The translations under genes and the position numbers were made by a program. The notes below the pieces were generated by a model, which was not told where the DNA came from, made no database searches, and saw only the letters and a list, made by a program, of their open reading frames with translations. A stretch of DNA of 62,492 nucleotides, the filler included. It is 9 parts of 9 records of this genome, joined end to end, with 100 filler letters (N's around TTAATTAATTAA, not from the genome) between each part and the next. Parts side by side here need not be neighbours in the genome. Positions count along the whole stretch, not along the records: positions 11,208 to 19,500 come from SRR31156797_78063; positions 19,601 to 30,675 come from SRR31156797_78091; 7 more parts are not named here. One strand, 5' to 3'. Positions 11,208 to 23,933 of the stretch are shown here, piece after piece. Each line of letters begins with the position of its first letter. Positions within the stretch are counted from its first letter, which is position 1.

Positions 11208-14200
11208 CTTTCTAAAAATGGATCAAACTCATGACCGTTAGCTGTATAGTAACCTAAACCTTCATCTTCCTGCCGACAAACAGCTCCGGGGCAATCAAAA
11301 CTTGGTCCATCGTCGTCTATTATTGTAATTGTTTGTTCTGCACTGTTTCTATTTCCATGTATATCATCAACATACCAGGTAACGGTAGTGGTTCCTATGG
11401 GATAACCAAACCAATCGTTTATGTTGGTTTCATTATTCCAAACTTCATCAACACCACAATTATCATCTATAGTTGGCGTGCCTAAACTAACACTTACTCT
11501 GCAGTCTCCGCTTGTGTACAACGTGGTATCAGCGGGAGGAATAACAGAAGGCAGCTCATCATCTTCAACCGTAATAAAAGAACTACACTCGCTGGTATAC
11601 GTATCACCACCTACATCTTGGGTTGCCGTCCAAACCACCAACGTTTCTCCCAACGGGAACTTAGCCCCATCTAAAGAACTGTTACTTAGAGCATACGGAG
11701 TAATGCCAGCATTACTTGTTTGAATATTGTGCGTTATGGTTGCTACCCCCGATGTTGAGGTAGCATCGTAATCTGTTCCCGCGATTGTTAATCCACACTG
11801 ACTTGTTGTATTACTCACCAAAGCATCTCCAACACAAGTAATTGGAGGGTATGGTGAATCTAAAATGTGTAATGTTATAGCACAGGTTTCTGTATTACCC
11901 GAAGGATCTTTAGCTGTCCAGGTTATCGTGTAATCGCCAACAGGCAATTGTTCTCCATTTAAGGTTTCTTCCGATGGTGCTGAAGAATAGTCATGAGTAA
12001 AAGAATCTACAGAACAGTTATCTGTAACTACTGGTTTAAACTCGTTTCGCCCAACGGTATAGTAATTCTGCCCTGCATCTACAATTCGGGTATAATCACT
12101 TCCCGGACAATTAATTACAGGATCAGTATTATCTTCAACTACAACATAAAGGTTTTTGGTAGTGCTATTACCATAATTATCTTGAACAGTCCAAACTACG
12201 GTATCACTTCCAACTGCAAAACGTTCATACCGCAAACTACTGTAACTGTTCCAATCATTCGATATATTATAATTATTATCTGTACAGTTATCTGTTATAT
12301 TTTGAGGATCAAACTCCGTTCCGGTAACCGTGTAGTAACAACTACCCGAAGATGCTGAGACAGTAACCGTCTCATCTTCAACCGGAGAATCGTATGCTAA
12401 GGTGTAATCTGGAGCTGTTTGATCCAACACGGTAACTTCAAATTCCTCAATAGTTACATTATTGGATGAATCTGTTGCACTCCAAACCACCACTGTTTTT
12501 CCAACAGGAAAGTTGTAACCATCTAATGTTGAACCACTCTGCAAATTATTTACAAAAGATTTCAGGGCACAATTATCAGAAGCCACCGGGTCAAATTCGC
12601 CGTTTATTGCCTCGTAATAACAAGCGTCTACGGGCGCAACTCTTGTTGAGTCTCCAAATATTGAAATCTCAGGCGCTACATTATCAACAATCGTTACGTC
12701 AAATTCGCAATTTGTCGAATTTCCCCAGGTATCCTCAACGGTCCAAATAATAGTATGTGTACCGGTACTTAATATCTCATTGGCAATAGTGCTTCCTTCA
12801 ACTACCTCATTATCGTCAATTTTATACGATATACTCAAATCACCTACATCATCGCAATTGTCCATAAGGTTTGAAGCATCAAATTCGTCTGCCTGAACCT
12901 GGTATTCACAATCGCCGTAATTTACGGCTCTACTCACGTTTCCACTACACTCGAACAATGGAGCCTGATAATCGCTTACAGAAATCTCAAAAGTGGAGCC
13001 TTCAACCATATTTCCATTAAAATCTACTACGGTCCATGCAATTACATAAGAGAAATCCATATCGGCATCCAACGTAAGTCCTGAGAGGGTAGATCCTCCT
13101 GTATGTGTAGTATCTCCATTTAAGGTAATAACATATGTTGATGTATCGATGCCGCAGTTATCGGAAAGTGAGGCAGGATCATAACTGGTTCCCGGAATTG
13201 TAAACGAACACGAATCGGGGTCGGCATAAACGGTAAAAGATCCTGATGGCAGATTAAAAGTAGGATCCTGGTTATCAACAACATTAACGTACATGGTGCA
13301 AGTACTTTCATTAACACCATCTGAAGCAGTCCACACAATAGTGTGCTCCCCTACCGGAAGCTGTTTTCCCGCCAGCGTGTTTGTTCCATCATAATCATTT
13401 GTAGCTGTTACCGGGCATCCATCAGAAACTGTTTTTGGTTGAAACTCATCACCATTAACAGTATAAAAACAATCTCCTGATTCAGGGTATTTTAAGAAAG
13501 GCGTTTCAGAAGTACTTGCCACACCTCCTATTTCCGGACATTCAATAACCGGCGGTGTACCATCAGAAACAACAACATTAAAGCTCATAGTTGTAACATT
13601 TCCTGATGCATCTCCTGCCTGATAACGAATTACCGTTGTACCAACCGGGAAGTCGCTTCCAGTAGTTAAACCTGCAACTTGAACAAAAGAAGTTACGGCA
13701 CAATTGTCAGATGTATCCGGTTCTGTCCAACCAAAATTAGCAGTACACGAATTGACATCCACATTTATGGTAGTGTCAGGTAGCTGCTCAATCCAAGGGG
13801 CTTCAGGTTCGTTCACCGTAACCCTGAAAGAAGTTGTTGACGTATTGACTCCATCGTCCACAGTCCATAAAATAGTATTTGTTCCTTGTTCTAATAATAC
13901 TCCATCCATGGTAGTAGCTTCCACTGCAATATCATCATTGATTTTATAGCTAATGGTTAAGCCTCCGCTCCCGCAATTGTCGGAGTATGTAATATCAAAC
14001 TCGTTGTCCTGTACCTCATAGGTACATTCCCCCAAATCGGTATTTTTGATTTGATTACTTTTTCCTACGATTACAACAGGCTGATTGTCATCAACAGTAA
14101 TTACAAAATCCAGTGATGCTGCTGTGGGATTACCACTTGCATCACTTGCAGTCCACGATATATTATTTACACCTGGTTCTAACTCTAAACCAACTAAAGA

Positions 14201-17200
14201 GCCAGTTCCACTCAAATTGGTAGCTCCTGTTACGGTATACGATTTTGTAACTCCACTACAATTATCGCTGGCAGTAGGATCAAACTCAGAACCGACTATT
14301 GTATAGGTACAACTTCCTGAGGTAGAATATACTGTATCATCAATGGTAGAACTTGTAGCAGTTAAGGTAGGTGCAATATTATCTTCAACGGAAACAGCAG
14401 CTACACAAGTACTTTCAATACCCGATCCATCACGAACCGTTAAGGTAACATTGTTAGTCCCTAAATTCTGGCAATTAAAACTGGTTTTGCTTAAAGAAAG
14501 AAATAAATCTTCATTAGCGGTACAATTATCAGAAGAGCCATTATTTATATCAGTTATTGCCAAACTGGCATATCCCGTTGCATCTAGCTGAATGGTTGCT
14601 GCCTGACAAACTGCGGTTGGCGAAGTAGTATCGGTAACTGTCACAACAAAAGAACACACATTACTAACATTGCCGCTTGTATCTGTTGCTGTATAGGTAA
14701 CCGTTGTTGTTCCTTCGGCAAATTCTGTAACTCCCGATGTATGCGATTTACTCCAAATTAACTCTCCTGAGTCGGTACAATTATCAGTAGCCGATGGCTC
14801 TACCCAGCTTGCTGTGGCAGTACACGATGCACCTGAATAAACAGTAATATCTGATGGACATCCGCTGATTACTGGTTTTTGATTATCGTTAACAGTAACT
14901 GTAAAGCTACAAGTATCGCTGGTATTTCCTGCCTCATCAGTAAAAGCATATTTTACCCTTGTTGTCCCAGTACTAAAGGAATCTCCCGGATTATGAGATC
15001 TATAAACAACCAAACTTCCGGAGCTTGTGTAATTATCGCTTGCGGTTGGTTCGGTCCACGAAACCAATGCACTACAACTTCCAGCTCCATTAGTTCTTAC
15101 AATATTCGAAGGACAATTTGCAATTACTGGCTTTTGATCATCATTTACAACAACCGTGAAAGTACATGAATCTGCCAAACCTGCATTATCAGTTGCAATT
15201 GCTTCAACTATCGTTGTCCCCACATTAAAGTTATAAGGAAATGTGATTTCGGTAGCAGGCGATCCGGTAAAATATTGAATGGTTGTTGAAGCGCAATTGT
15301 CTGTTGCTGTGGCAGTAAAACTTAAACTGGCATAGCTCTCTCCAGCATCAGCGGTATACGAAGCATCAGGTGTTGGACAAGTTATTTCCGGTGCCTGGCT
15401 ATCATTTACCGTTATGGTAAAACGGCATGTATCTGTATTTGATGCAGCATCCGTAACCGTTAAAAGCACTTGTGTTTCACCTATGGGAAAAGTCTGGGTT
15501 CCTGGCTGTCCGGTACTACTGTAACCCGGATATTCCCATGTAAGATTCGCTCCTGTGCAGTTATCTCCGAAATTGATAGTAGGAATAGCTACTTCGGCTG
15601 TACATGCACCGTTATCTGTATTTACGATAGTATCATTTGGACATTCAACAGTTGGATCAATCTCATCATTTACAGTTACAGTAAAATTGCCACTTACCAA
15701 ATTTCCTGCCAAATCAATAACAGTTAGATGTACCTGTGTAATCCCTACATTAAACTCTTTGATCCCTATTTGTCCGATTGTTTCATCTGTGACTGTTACT
15801 CCAGTAGTACTCCACTTTAATGTATCACCCGTACAATTATCACCAAAGGTAATGTCAGGAACAGTAATATTTTTAGAACATCCACTTACCAGCTCTTCAG
15901 TAATATCAACAGGTACGGTTAGGTCAGGATTTTGATTATCGGATATTACAACTTGAAAACTACATGAATTTGTATTTACCGGTGATGCACCATCATATAC
16001 AGTTACAGTAACAGTTGTTGTTCCTTTATTAAAAACCGCACCAGCCAGAGATGTTGCATACGCAACCTCTGTATCCCCCGTTAACACGTAAGAAACGGAA
16101 TCAACGGTACAATTATCGTTCGTAGTTACATCCCACGCAGATCCCAAATGGGTATAGGTACACTGATCGGTATCAGTATTGGCCGATTGATTTCCATTAC
16201 AGGAAATGGAAGGTGGCTCATTATCTTCAATCGAGACAACAAAACTATCCTCAGTACTATTGCCGGCACCATCTTCCACTTTCCAGGTAACTGTAGTTGA
16301 TCCCGGCTCAAAGGTTTGGCCATTAAGACTCGTGTTAGCTACATTATAGCCCAATGAAGTTGCTCCTTCCAGCTTATATACAATGGTGGAAATACTACAA
16401 TTATCAGTAGCATCTGATCCACTTACCGGATCCCACGAATTTCCGGAGTGACTATATTCACAATTAATATCTGCCGGAACAACCTGATTGGCAATAACCG
16501 AAATTTCAGGAGAAATTGTATCAAGTAAAGTGTAATTAAAGCTACAGGTATTTGTGTTTCCAACCGAATCTGTAGCTGTAATTGTAACAACATTAGTATT
16601 TCCATGTCCCGACAAGGTACTGCCAATGTTTAAATCCTGAGTTATGGACTCAATTCCTGAGCATGGATCGGAAGTCGAAGCCAATCCTGTAAAATCAGGG
16701 GCTAAAACTTCACACGAGGTATCGAGATATAAACTCTGATCACTGGGGCATGTCACCGTTGGTGGCGTGTTCTCCAGGCGTACGGTATATGAAACAGATG
16801 TGGTACAAGCTGGAGATGTACTACTTATTGCCCTCACATAAAAATCAGTATTCGCGGTAATCGCGGTGTCGTATGGTAAATCACCAATTTTTACTGTGTT
16901 TGTAGAGTTCCATAATTCAAATGTATTTGCATCGGTTGCTGTTGCATCAATAGTAAAACTGGTATTATAACATACCCGTTCAGCAGGAGTTACATTGATG
17001 TTTGAAGGCAGTGGATTTACCGTAACAGAAACGGTTGTGCTGTTATTAACGGGCAAATTAATTCCTGAACCAAAACTAACACTTACCAAACTGTAGGTTG
17101 TGTTTTCCGTTGGGGTTACCACAATGGGATCACCCTCGGTATTCGCACCTTCAGAATTTTCAATCCAATAATAATCATTTACAGTATAATTCTGGGTTCC

Positions 17201-17425
17201 ATCGCTGTAAACTACGGTAAAAGGAGCTGCACCTCCATTTATAACAACCTGTATCGTTGTACTTTGTCCTTCGCAAATGGTTGTTGCTCCTTTTTCTGCT
17301 ATATATGCATCTTGCGCATTACTTTTTACAGTACCCGAGAGCAATAAAAAACAGAAAATAATAATTCCAACTGAAAAAGAGAAAGATCTCTTAAACCAGC
17401 TTAGTTTAGGTAAATAAAATTCCAT
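11208..17425 (-). CDS. Giant HYR/Ig-like repeat surface protein, 3'-truncated; start may lie up to 17581
   Basis: Signal peptide ending SNA-QD; about 21 repeats of D..P.I.CP...DNC...G.T.VTW...D.AGN...C.F.V.V; open to the contig edge. Confidence 0.88.
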
Positions 17426-18095
17426 AGAAATTTGTTTTACAATTAGGAAAGGAATATGATTTAATAATTGGGTTTTAGTCCGTAGTGTTCTGAGGCGAGT
17501 TAAATCTGACACATAATTTCCCTGCTGAAAATCAGTAGTTAGTTTAGTATTCTCCATAGCAATCAACCTTAAGTTCTTCATAGATTCAGTACGCTTTTAT
17601 CAAATGCACAATGCATAAGAAATGCCACACCAGTCTTACAAGACTGCCATTACAATTTCCTTTCGCACTTTCTTTTACAACTTAAGAAGTAAGTACTGTA
17701 CTGTTTCAGCTTTTAGACACAAAAAACCTTACAATACAATAATAAATTGTCCCGAAGAATTGGGTTTGTATTTAAAAAGAAGAGTCTATAGATTAACAAA
17801 ATATTCTAATTTTTATCATATAGAAACTCTATCTTCCTTTAATCACGCTTCTGTTATGTTTAACAATACGCGTTGAAATTAATAAATATGATCAAACAAA
17901 CATAATTTTTCATATTTTTATTTCTTAACAATGCAAAAAATAAAAAGCACATATGATTTGTTTAAATGTTGATAAGTTTTATTAATCTAAATTATTATTT
18001 TTTAAATCTCATCTTAATAAAAGAGGCTAAATACGCCAAATCGTTTCCAGATTCAGATAGTTTATTATCTTTAGTACCTATTATTATGATTCAAG

Positions 18096-19500
18096 ATGCA
18101 AACCTTAAATGGATCAATTGGGCTTTATACCGACCTCTATGAGTTAACAATGGCTCAGGGGTATTTTTACTGCCAAAAAAAAGAGCAACAAACTTCTTTC
18201 GATTATTATTTTCGATCTTCTCCTTACAAAGGAGGGTTTGTTGTATTTGCCGGGCTACAAGATTTAACCAACGCACTTTCGCACTTTACATATGACGAAA
18301 CGGATTTGGAATTTCTAAAAACCAATGGCTTTAAATCAGAATTTCTTGAATATCTTCGTAGCTTCAAATTTAACGGTACTATCTATAGTGTTAAAGAGGG
18401 AGAAATTGTATTTCCGAATGAACCACTAATTCGAGTTGAAGGAAGTATTATTGAATGTCAATTAATAGAAAGCCTGCTCTTAAACATAATCAATTTTGAA
18501 TCACTAATTGCCACGAAAGCATTTCGGATTAAACTTATTTCGGACAAAAGATTATTTGCCGACTTCGGATTACGTCGTGCCCAGGGATTTAGCTCGCTTC
18601 AAGCCAGCAGAGCTGCATGCATTGGAGGTGCTTCGTCCACGTCAAACACACTGGCCGGAAAGATCTATAACATTCCTGTTACCGGAACTATGGCCCATAG
18701 CTGGGTTCAAAGTTTTGATAGCGAAGTTGATGCTTTCCGACATTTTGCCCAGGTTAATCCCGAAAACACGATATTGCTGGTTGACACGTACGACACTCTT
18801 AAATCGGGTGTTCCGAATGCCATTAAAGTTGGAAAGGAAATGGCTCAACGTGGCGAGCAATTAAAAGCAATTCGGTTAGATAGTGGCGACCTGGCTTACC
18901 TGAGTAAAAAAGCACGCGAATTGTTAAACAATGCTGGGATGAACTATGTGCAGATTATTGCTTCGAACCAATTAAATGAATACGTTATTAAAACACTACT
19001 TCGTGACCAGAATGCTGCAATTGATGGTTTTGGAATAGGCACCGAACTCATCACGGGCAAAGACGATGCTGCTCTTGATGGTGTTTACAAACTCACAGAA
19101 ATTGATGGAGAGCCCAAAATGAAATTCTCCGAAAACATTGAAAAGATAACTTTACCGGGGCGAAAAAAGCTTATTCGTTATTTTGATGTCGACAACCGGT
19201 TTTACCGTGATGGAATATTACTGGCAAATGAAATGACTGATGAAGTACAAAAGATTTACCATCAGGTTTATCCGGAAAAAAATACTGATGTTACAGGTTT
19301 AAGAAGTCAATCGTTGCTAAAAAAAGTAGTTGAAAAAGGCAAGGTTATATTCAAAGAACAGAATCCGCTTGACATTCATGCTTACCTCGAAAGCCGTGCA
19401 GCTCTTTTACCTGAAGAACATAAACGTTTTATAAGCCCTCATATCTATAAAGTAGGGATATCAAATAAATTAATGACCTCCCGCAACGCTTTAACTAAAA
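18096..19500 (+). CDS. pncB: Nicotinate phosphoribosyltransferase, 3' end truncated
   Basis: TDLYELTMAQGY, DFGLRRAQG, GTMAHSW, LLVDTYD, IRLDSGD. Confidence 0.95.
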
Positions 19501-19600
19501 NNNNNNNNNNNNNNNNNNNNNNNNNNNNNNNNNNNNNNNNNNNNTTAATTAATTAANNNNNNNNNNNNNNNNNNNNNNNNNNNNNNNNNNNNNNNNNNNN
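19501..19600. other. Artificial contig spacer
   Basis: N44-ttaattaattaa-N44. Confidence 0.99.
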
Positions 19601-19629
19601 CAGGGGTTCGATTCCCCTCGGCTCCACCA
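19601..19629 (+). tRNA. 3' part of a tRNA, most like tRNA-Ala; anticodon not visible
   Basis: T-arm AGGGG-TTCGATT-CCCCT followed by acceptor strand GGCTCC-A-CCA. Confidence 0.8.
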
Positions 19630-19773
19630 TTTTTCCCGACAACCCGTCCACAATTCCCGGCATCGCCGTGCCGACACCGAGCTTTCGGCTGCCTTTTCAG
19701 GCCGGCGGCGGACGATGCCCGAACACCCGAACATTCGCCTGCAAAACCGTGCAACGGCGCCGGCAGCCGTGTT

Positions 19774-20508
19774 ATGAAGCGGATCCGGGGCGGCCAACAA
19801 AGGCAACGCCTCGGGTTTTTTCGGATTTCGGGGGCACCTTTGACGGGTATCGGCGAACGTTTGTGGCGCGGGTCTCACCACCGCCTATCGCGCTTTCACA
19901 GCGAAAAGGGCGTTGCCGTCGATTTCGGCGGGCTTTTGTATGCGCCGGCGGCGCTGACGACGGCGGCGTTGAAGGTTTTGGTCGGATACCGCCCGAAAGT
20001 GCCGATGATTTCCTATCGCGGCCGCCGGGCCATCGCTGCCCGCCTGAACCCGAACGCCATCGCCGTCGAATTCGGCTCCGGCCTGTCGACGCCGTGGCTG
20101 GCGGCCCGCTGCGCAACCCTGCTCAGCATCGAGGACGATCCGGCCTGGCACGCCCGGGTACAGGGGCTTCTGGCCCGTTGCGGGTTCGACAATGTCGATC
20201 ATGAATTGCGCGATTCCGGGACTTATGCCGATACCGGCGACCTGGCCGACGGTTCGGTCGATTTTGCTCTCGTCGACGGCTCCATGCGGGCCGCATGCGT
20301 CCGCAATATCCTGCCGAAACTGCGCGCCGGCGGCATGATCTACCTGGATAATTCGGACAAGGACATGACGATCCCCGACGGCGACCTCAGACGGGCCGAA
20401 TCGGCCTTGCGCGATGGGATAGCCAAACGCGGCGGAAATCTGCGGATTTTCACGGATTTTTCGCCGACCAACTTCTTCGTCGAAGAAGGTATCCTGGGAA
20501 TCCTCTAG
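19774..20508 (+). CDS. Class I SAM-dependent methyltransferase; start uncertain
   Basis: VEFGSGLST motif I, SIEDDPAW, DFALVDG, LRAGGMIYLDN. Confidence 0.75.
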   Translation: MKRIRGGQQRQRLGFFRISGAPLTGIGERLWRGSHHRLSRFHSEKGVAVDFGGLLYAPAALTTAALKVLVGYRPKVPMISYRGRRAIAARLNPNAIAVEFGSGLSTPWLAARCATLLSIEDDPAWHARVQGLLARCGFDNVDHELRDSGTYADTGDLADGSVDFALVDGSMRAACVRNILPKLRAGGMIYLDNSDKDMTIPDGDLRRAESALRDGIAKRGGNLRIFTDFSPTNFFVEEGILGIL

Positions 20509-20674
20509 GTTTCGGTACATTTTGTCGCTTTTTACTGCAGGATTTCCCGTTTCAATCTAGGGGATTCCCCAATACCGGTCCGAAGCATAAAGAAACTACC
20601 ATTTTGGGTGTAGTTCGAAGGGTACGAATGCCCCCGACATTCGGTCCTGGGCCCTTGATGAGAGACTGACTGCT

Positions 20675-20887
20675 ATGGCCAATCTTCGTTGCGGAATGAT
20701 TATGCTGACGACCAAGCCAACCGGCGAGATGGCCGCGTGGCTGCATGCCAATTGCGACGGTCAATGGGATCTGCACCCCGCCGGAACCGCAGGCGACGGC
20801 AAATCCAGAAAATTCATGGTCCTGTTCGAGACGGAGCGCGACCGCATCAATTTCGAAGGCCGGTTCGCGCAACCGATTGCCGCGTAA
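20675..20887 (+). CDS. Small hypothetical protein (70 aa)
   Basis: Protein-like composition (WLHANCDGQWDL...VLFETERDR); fills the gap before the convergent protease gene. Confidence 0.55.
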   Translation: MANLRCGMIMLTTKPTGEMAAWLHANCDGQWDLHPAGTAGDGKSRKFMVLFETERDRINFEGRFAQPIAA

Positions 20888-20920
20888 CGCCCCGACGGCG
20901 CGCCGACTACCGATAAAAAC

Positions 20921-23443
20921 CTAGTCCCGCTGCGGTTTATTTGCGGCGTTCTTCCGGTTGTGCACTCTCTCCCCCCTGCCGCGTTTTGCCGGCTCGGCCT
21001 TGCGCGCCAGCTTTTCCAATCCGGCAACGACGGCGCGATTGACCGACCCGATCGGGAAAACGCCTTGATCGTCGGCGGCGCCGGCGGCAGCGCCGGTCAG
21101 AATTTCGATGCCCTGATCGATGGTTTCGACCGCGAAAATACGGAATTTGCCTTCCGATACGGCCTCGACGATGTCGCGGCGCAGCATCAGATGCTTGACG
21201 TTGGAGGCCGGGATCAGCACGCCCTGATCGCCGGTCAACCGGCGCGCCCGGCAGATATCGAAAAAGCCTTCAATCTTTTCGTTGACGCCGCCGATGGCCT
21301 GGACCCGGCCGAGCTGGTCGACCGAACCGGTAACGGCGAAGCCTTGCCGGATCGGCATGCCGGACAGGGCCGATAGCAGGGTATAGAGCTCCGCCGACGA
21401 GGCGCTGTCGCCGTCGACGCCGGAATAGCTCTGCTCGAAGACCAGGCTGGCGGCCAGGGAAAGCGGCGTCTCTCGGGCGTAGCGGGAGCTTAGGAAGGCC
21501 GACAGGATCAGCACGCCCTTTGAATGCAGGGGCCCGCCCAGCGCCACCTCGCGCTCGATATCGACCACCTGGCCCTTGCCCAGGCGGACCCGGCAACTGA
21601 TCCGCGAGGGCCTGCCAAACGAAAAATCGTGCATGCGAAGAACCGCCAGGCCGTTGACCTGCCCGACCTGCGCGCCCTCGGTTTCGATGACGATGGTGCC
21701 GCGGCCGATTTCCTCCTGAATGCGCTCGCGCATGCGATCGGCGCGGTGGATCTTGGCATCGACGGCCCTTTGCACATGTTTGGCCCGGACCACCTCGGCA
21801 TCGTTGTCGCGGGCCCAGAAATCGGCCTCGCGGACGAGATCGACGATGCTGCCCATGTGGGTGCTCAGCTTTTCGGCGTCGTCGGCCAGACGGGCGCCGT
21901 ATTCGACCACCCGGGCGATGGCGCCGCGATTCAGCGGCCGCAGTTTTTCGCGCCGGGCCAGGGTGGCGATCAGTTTGGCGTAACGGCCGGCCGATTCGTC
22001 GTTACGGTCCATGCGGCTGTCGAAATCGGCCATCACCTTGAACAGATCGCCGACTTCGGGATCGTTCTGGGTCAGCAGGTAATAGAGCATGGGTTCGCCG
22101 AGCAGAACCACCTTGACGTCGAGCGGAATCGGTTCCGGTTCCAGCGTCACGGTGCCGGCCCAGCCTTGCGCCTCGGCCGGGCTTTCGATCCGCAGGCGGC
22201 GCGAGCGCAGGGCCCGTTTCAGGGACTCCCAGGCGAACGGCTGGCTGACCAGTTTGCGGGCGTCGAGAATCAGATAGCCGCCGTTGGCGCGATGCAGGGC
22301 GCCCGGTTTGATCAGGTTGAAATCTGTCACCAGGGTGCCGAATTCGGCCATGTGCTCGACCCGGCCGATCAGGTTCGGTTGGGTCGGATGATCCTCGTAG
22401 ACAACCGGGGCGCCGAACAGGTTGGTCTGGCCGGTGGTCGTTTCGCCGTTGTCGGCGACGGCATCGTCGGCACCGGATTTTTCATCGACGCCGCTGGCGT
22501 GGGCGACCAGAACGTTGACTTGATAACGGCGGAAAGGATCGGCCTTGCTTTCAGGCGCGACGGGTCCGTCGCCGCCGACCGCCTGATCGTGCGGCAGGAA
22601 TTCGCGCACGTTCGAAACGACGTCGTCCCTGACCGCTTCGAAATATTCCAGAACCGGCGGAAAATCGCTCCACTTGGCACGCAGGTCCTCGATGATATGG
22701 CCGACGGCACGGCGCGTTACGGTGCGGCCCAGTTCGCGGATCTGGTCGCGCTGTTCGCGTTCCCATCTGGGAATCTCGGCCAGACGCTCTTCCATCTGTT
22801 TCTGCAGCGCTTCCAGGGCAGCCTGGCGCTTCGCTCTCTCGTCCTCGGGCAGTTTCTGGAATTCCTGGGGGCCCAGGACCTCGCCGTTCTCGACCGGCGC
22901 GACACCGAAACCGACATCGGTGCGCACGATGGCAATTCCCTGTTCGTCGGCCGCTTCCTGAAGTCCGGAGAAAATCTCGTCCTGACGCTTTTTGAAGACT
23001 TCGTCGATGGCCTCCCGGCCGGAACGGAAGGTGTCGCTTTCGAAGGCGGCGGGAATGGCGGCGCGCAATTCGTCGACAAGCTGGGCCATGTCGTCGCGCA
23101 AGGCCATCGCCTTGCCCGGCGGTAGACGCAGGGCCCGCGGCCGGTGCGGTTCGTCGAAATCGTTGATGTAACACCAATCGTCGGGAACCGATTCGGTCTC
23201 GGCGCGGATTTCGAGAAAACGCCGGATCAGGCTCAGTTTTCCGGTTCCCTCCGGTCCCATGGCGAACAGGTTGAAGCCGTAGTGTTTCATGCCGATGGCG
23301 AATCGGACCGCTTCGACCGCCCGATCCTGGCCGATAACATCCTCGACCGGATCGAGTTCGGCCGTCGTTTCGAACGCAAACTGCTCGGGATCGCAGGGCG
23401 TGTGCAGGGCTTCGGGCGGCAGCGGCTTGAGCGAACCGGTCAT
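20921..23443 (-). CDS. Lon-like protease (LonC/AAA_32 type, S16 domain)
   Basis: IGQDRA, GPEGTGK, GALHRANGGYL, catalytic VDGDSAS...IGGVNEK; ATG overlaps the upstream stop (ATGA). Confidence 0.92.
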   Translation of the reverse strand: MTGSLKPLPPEALHTPCDPEQFAFETTAELDPVEDVIGQDRAVEAVRFAIGMKHYGFNLFAMGPEGTGKLSLIRRFLEIRAETESVPDDWCYINDFDEPHRPRALRLPPGKAMALRDDMAQLVDELRAAIPAAFESDTFRSGREAIDEVFKKRQDEIFSGLQEAADEQGIAIVRTDVGFGVAPVENGEVLGPQEFQKLPEDERAKRQAALEALQKQMEERLAEIPRWEREQRDQIRELGRTVTRRAVGHIIEDLRAKWSDFPPVLEYFEAVRDDVVSNVREFLPHDQAVGGDGPVAPESKADPFRRYQVNVLVAHASGVDEKSGADDAVADNGETTTGQTNLFGAPVVYEDHPTQPNLIGRVEHMAEFGTLVTDFNLIKPGALHRANGGYLILDARKLVSQPFAWESLKRALRSRRLRIESPAEAQGWAGTVTLEPEPIPLDVKVVLLGEPMLYYLLTQNDPEVGDLFKVMADFDSRMDRNDESAGRYAKLIATLARREKLRPLNRGAIARVVEYGARLADDAEKLSTHMGSIVDLVREADFWARDNDAEVVRAKHVQRAVDAKIHRADRMRERIQEEIGRGTIVIETEGAQVGQVNGLAVLRMHDFSFGRPSRISCRVRLGKGQVVDIEREVALGGPLHSKGVLILSAFLSSRYARETPLSLAASLVFEQSYSGVDGDSASSAELYTLLSALSGMPIRQGFAVTGSVDQLGRVQAIGGVNEKIEGFFDICRARRLTGDQGVLIPASNVKHLMLRRDIVEAVSEGKFRIFAVETIDQGIEILTGAAAGAADDQGVFPIGSVNRAVVAGLEKLARKAEPAKRGRGERVHNRKNAANKPQRD

Positions 23444-23841
23444 TTCTTTTCCTCGATCCGGGCCATGTCGGCGTCGCTGAAACCGAAATGATGGCCGATT
23501 TCGTGAATCAGGACATGGCGTACCACATGGGTCAGGTCCTCGCCGCTTTCGCACCAGTAATCCAAGATCGGCGAGCGGTACAGAAAGATCATATCAATAC
23601 GGTCGCCGGTATCGGAAACGCTCTGCTGATCGAGCGGCAACCCCTGGTATAGGCCGAGCAGGTCGAACGGGCTTTCCAGGCCCATGTCGCGTTCGATCTC
23701 GGCATCGGGAAACTCCTCGACCCGGATGACGATGCCGGTGACCATCCGGCGCAACTCGTCCGGAATGGTGGCGTAGGCGTCATCGGCGATCCGCTCTATG
23801 TCGGCGAGGCTCGGCGGATGGGCGTGTTTCGGCGTCATCAA
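23440..23841 (-). CDS. Zincin-like metallopeptidase (DUF1025 / Zincin_1)
   Basis: LLGLYQG and VLIHEIGHHFG motifs. Confidence 0.9.
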   Translation of the reverse strand: MMTPKHAHPPSLADIERIADDAYATIPDELRRMVTGIVIRVEEFPDAEIERDMGLESPFDLLGLYQGLPLDQQSVSDTGDRIDMIFLYRSPILDYWCESGEDLTHVVRHVLIHEIGHHFGFSDADMARIEEKK

Positions 23842-23933
23842 GCAACATTAGCCCGCCTTGATCGCCGGGCCAAGCGCTCCCATCTGGCCGGAACGGGGGT
23901 CTCGCCCCGCAGGCCGAATGGGAGGACGGATCG

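Noticed and set aside
21524-23125. Long antisense ORF of 533 aa (similarly 29342-30394, 59860-61011 and the frame-shifted 26241-27563)
   Set aside because: Shadow ORFs of real genes in high-GC DNA with no recognisable motifs
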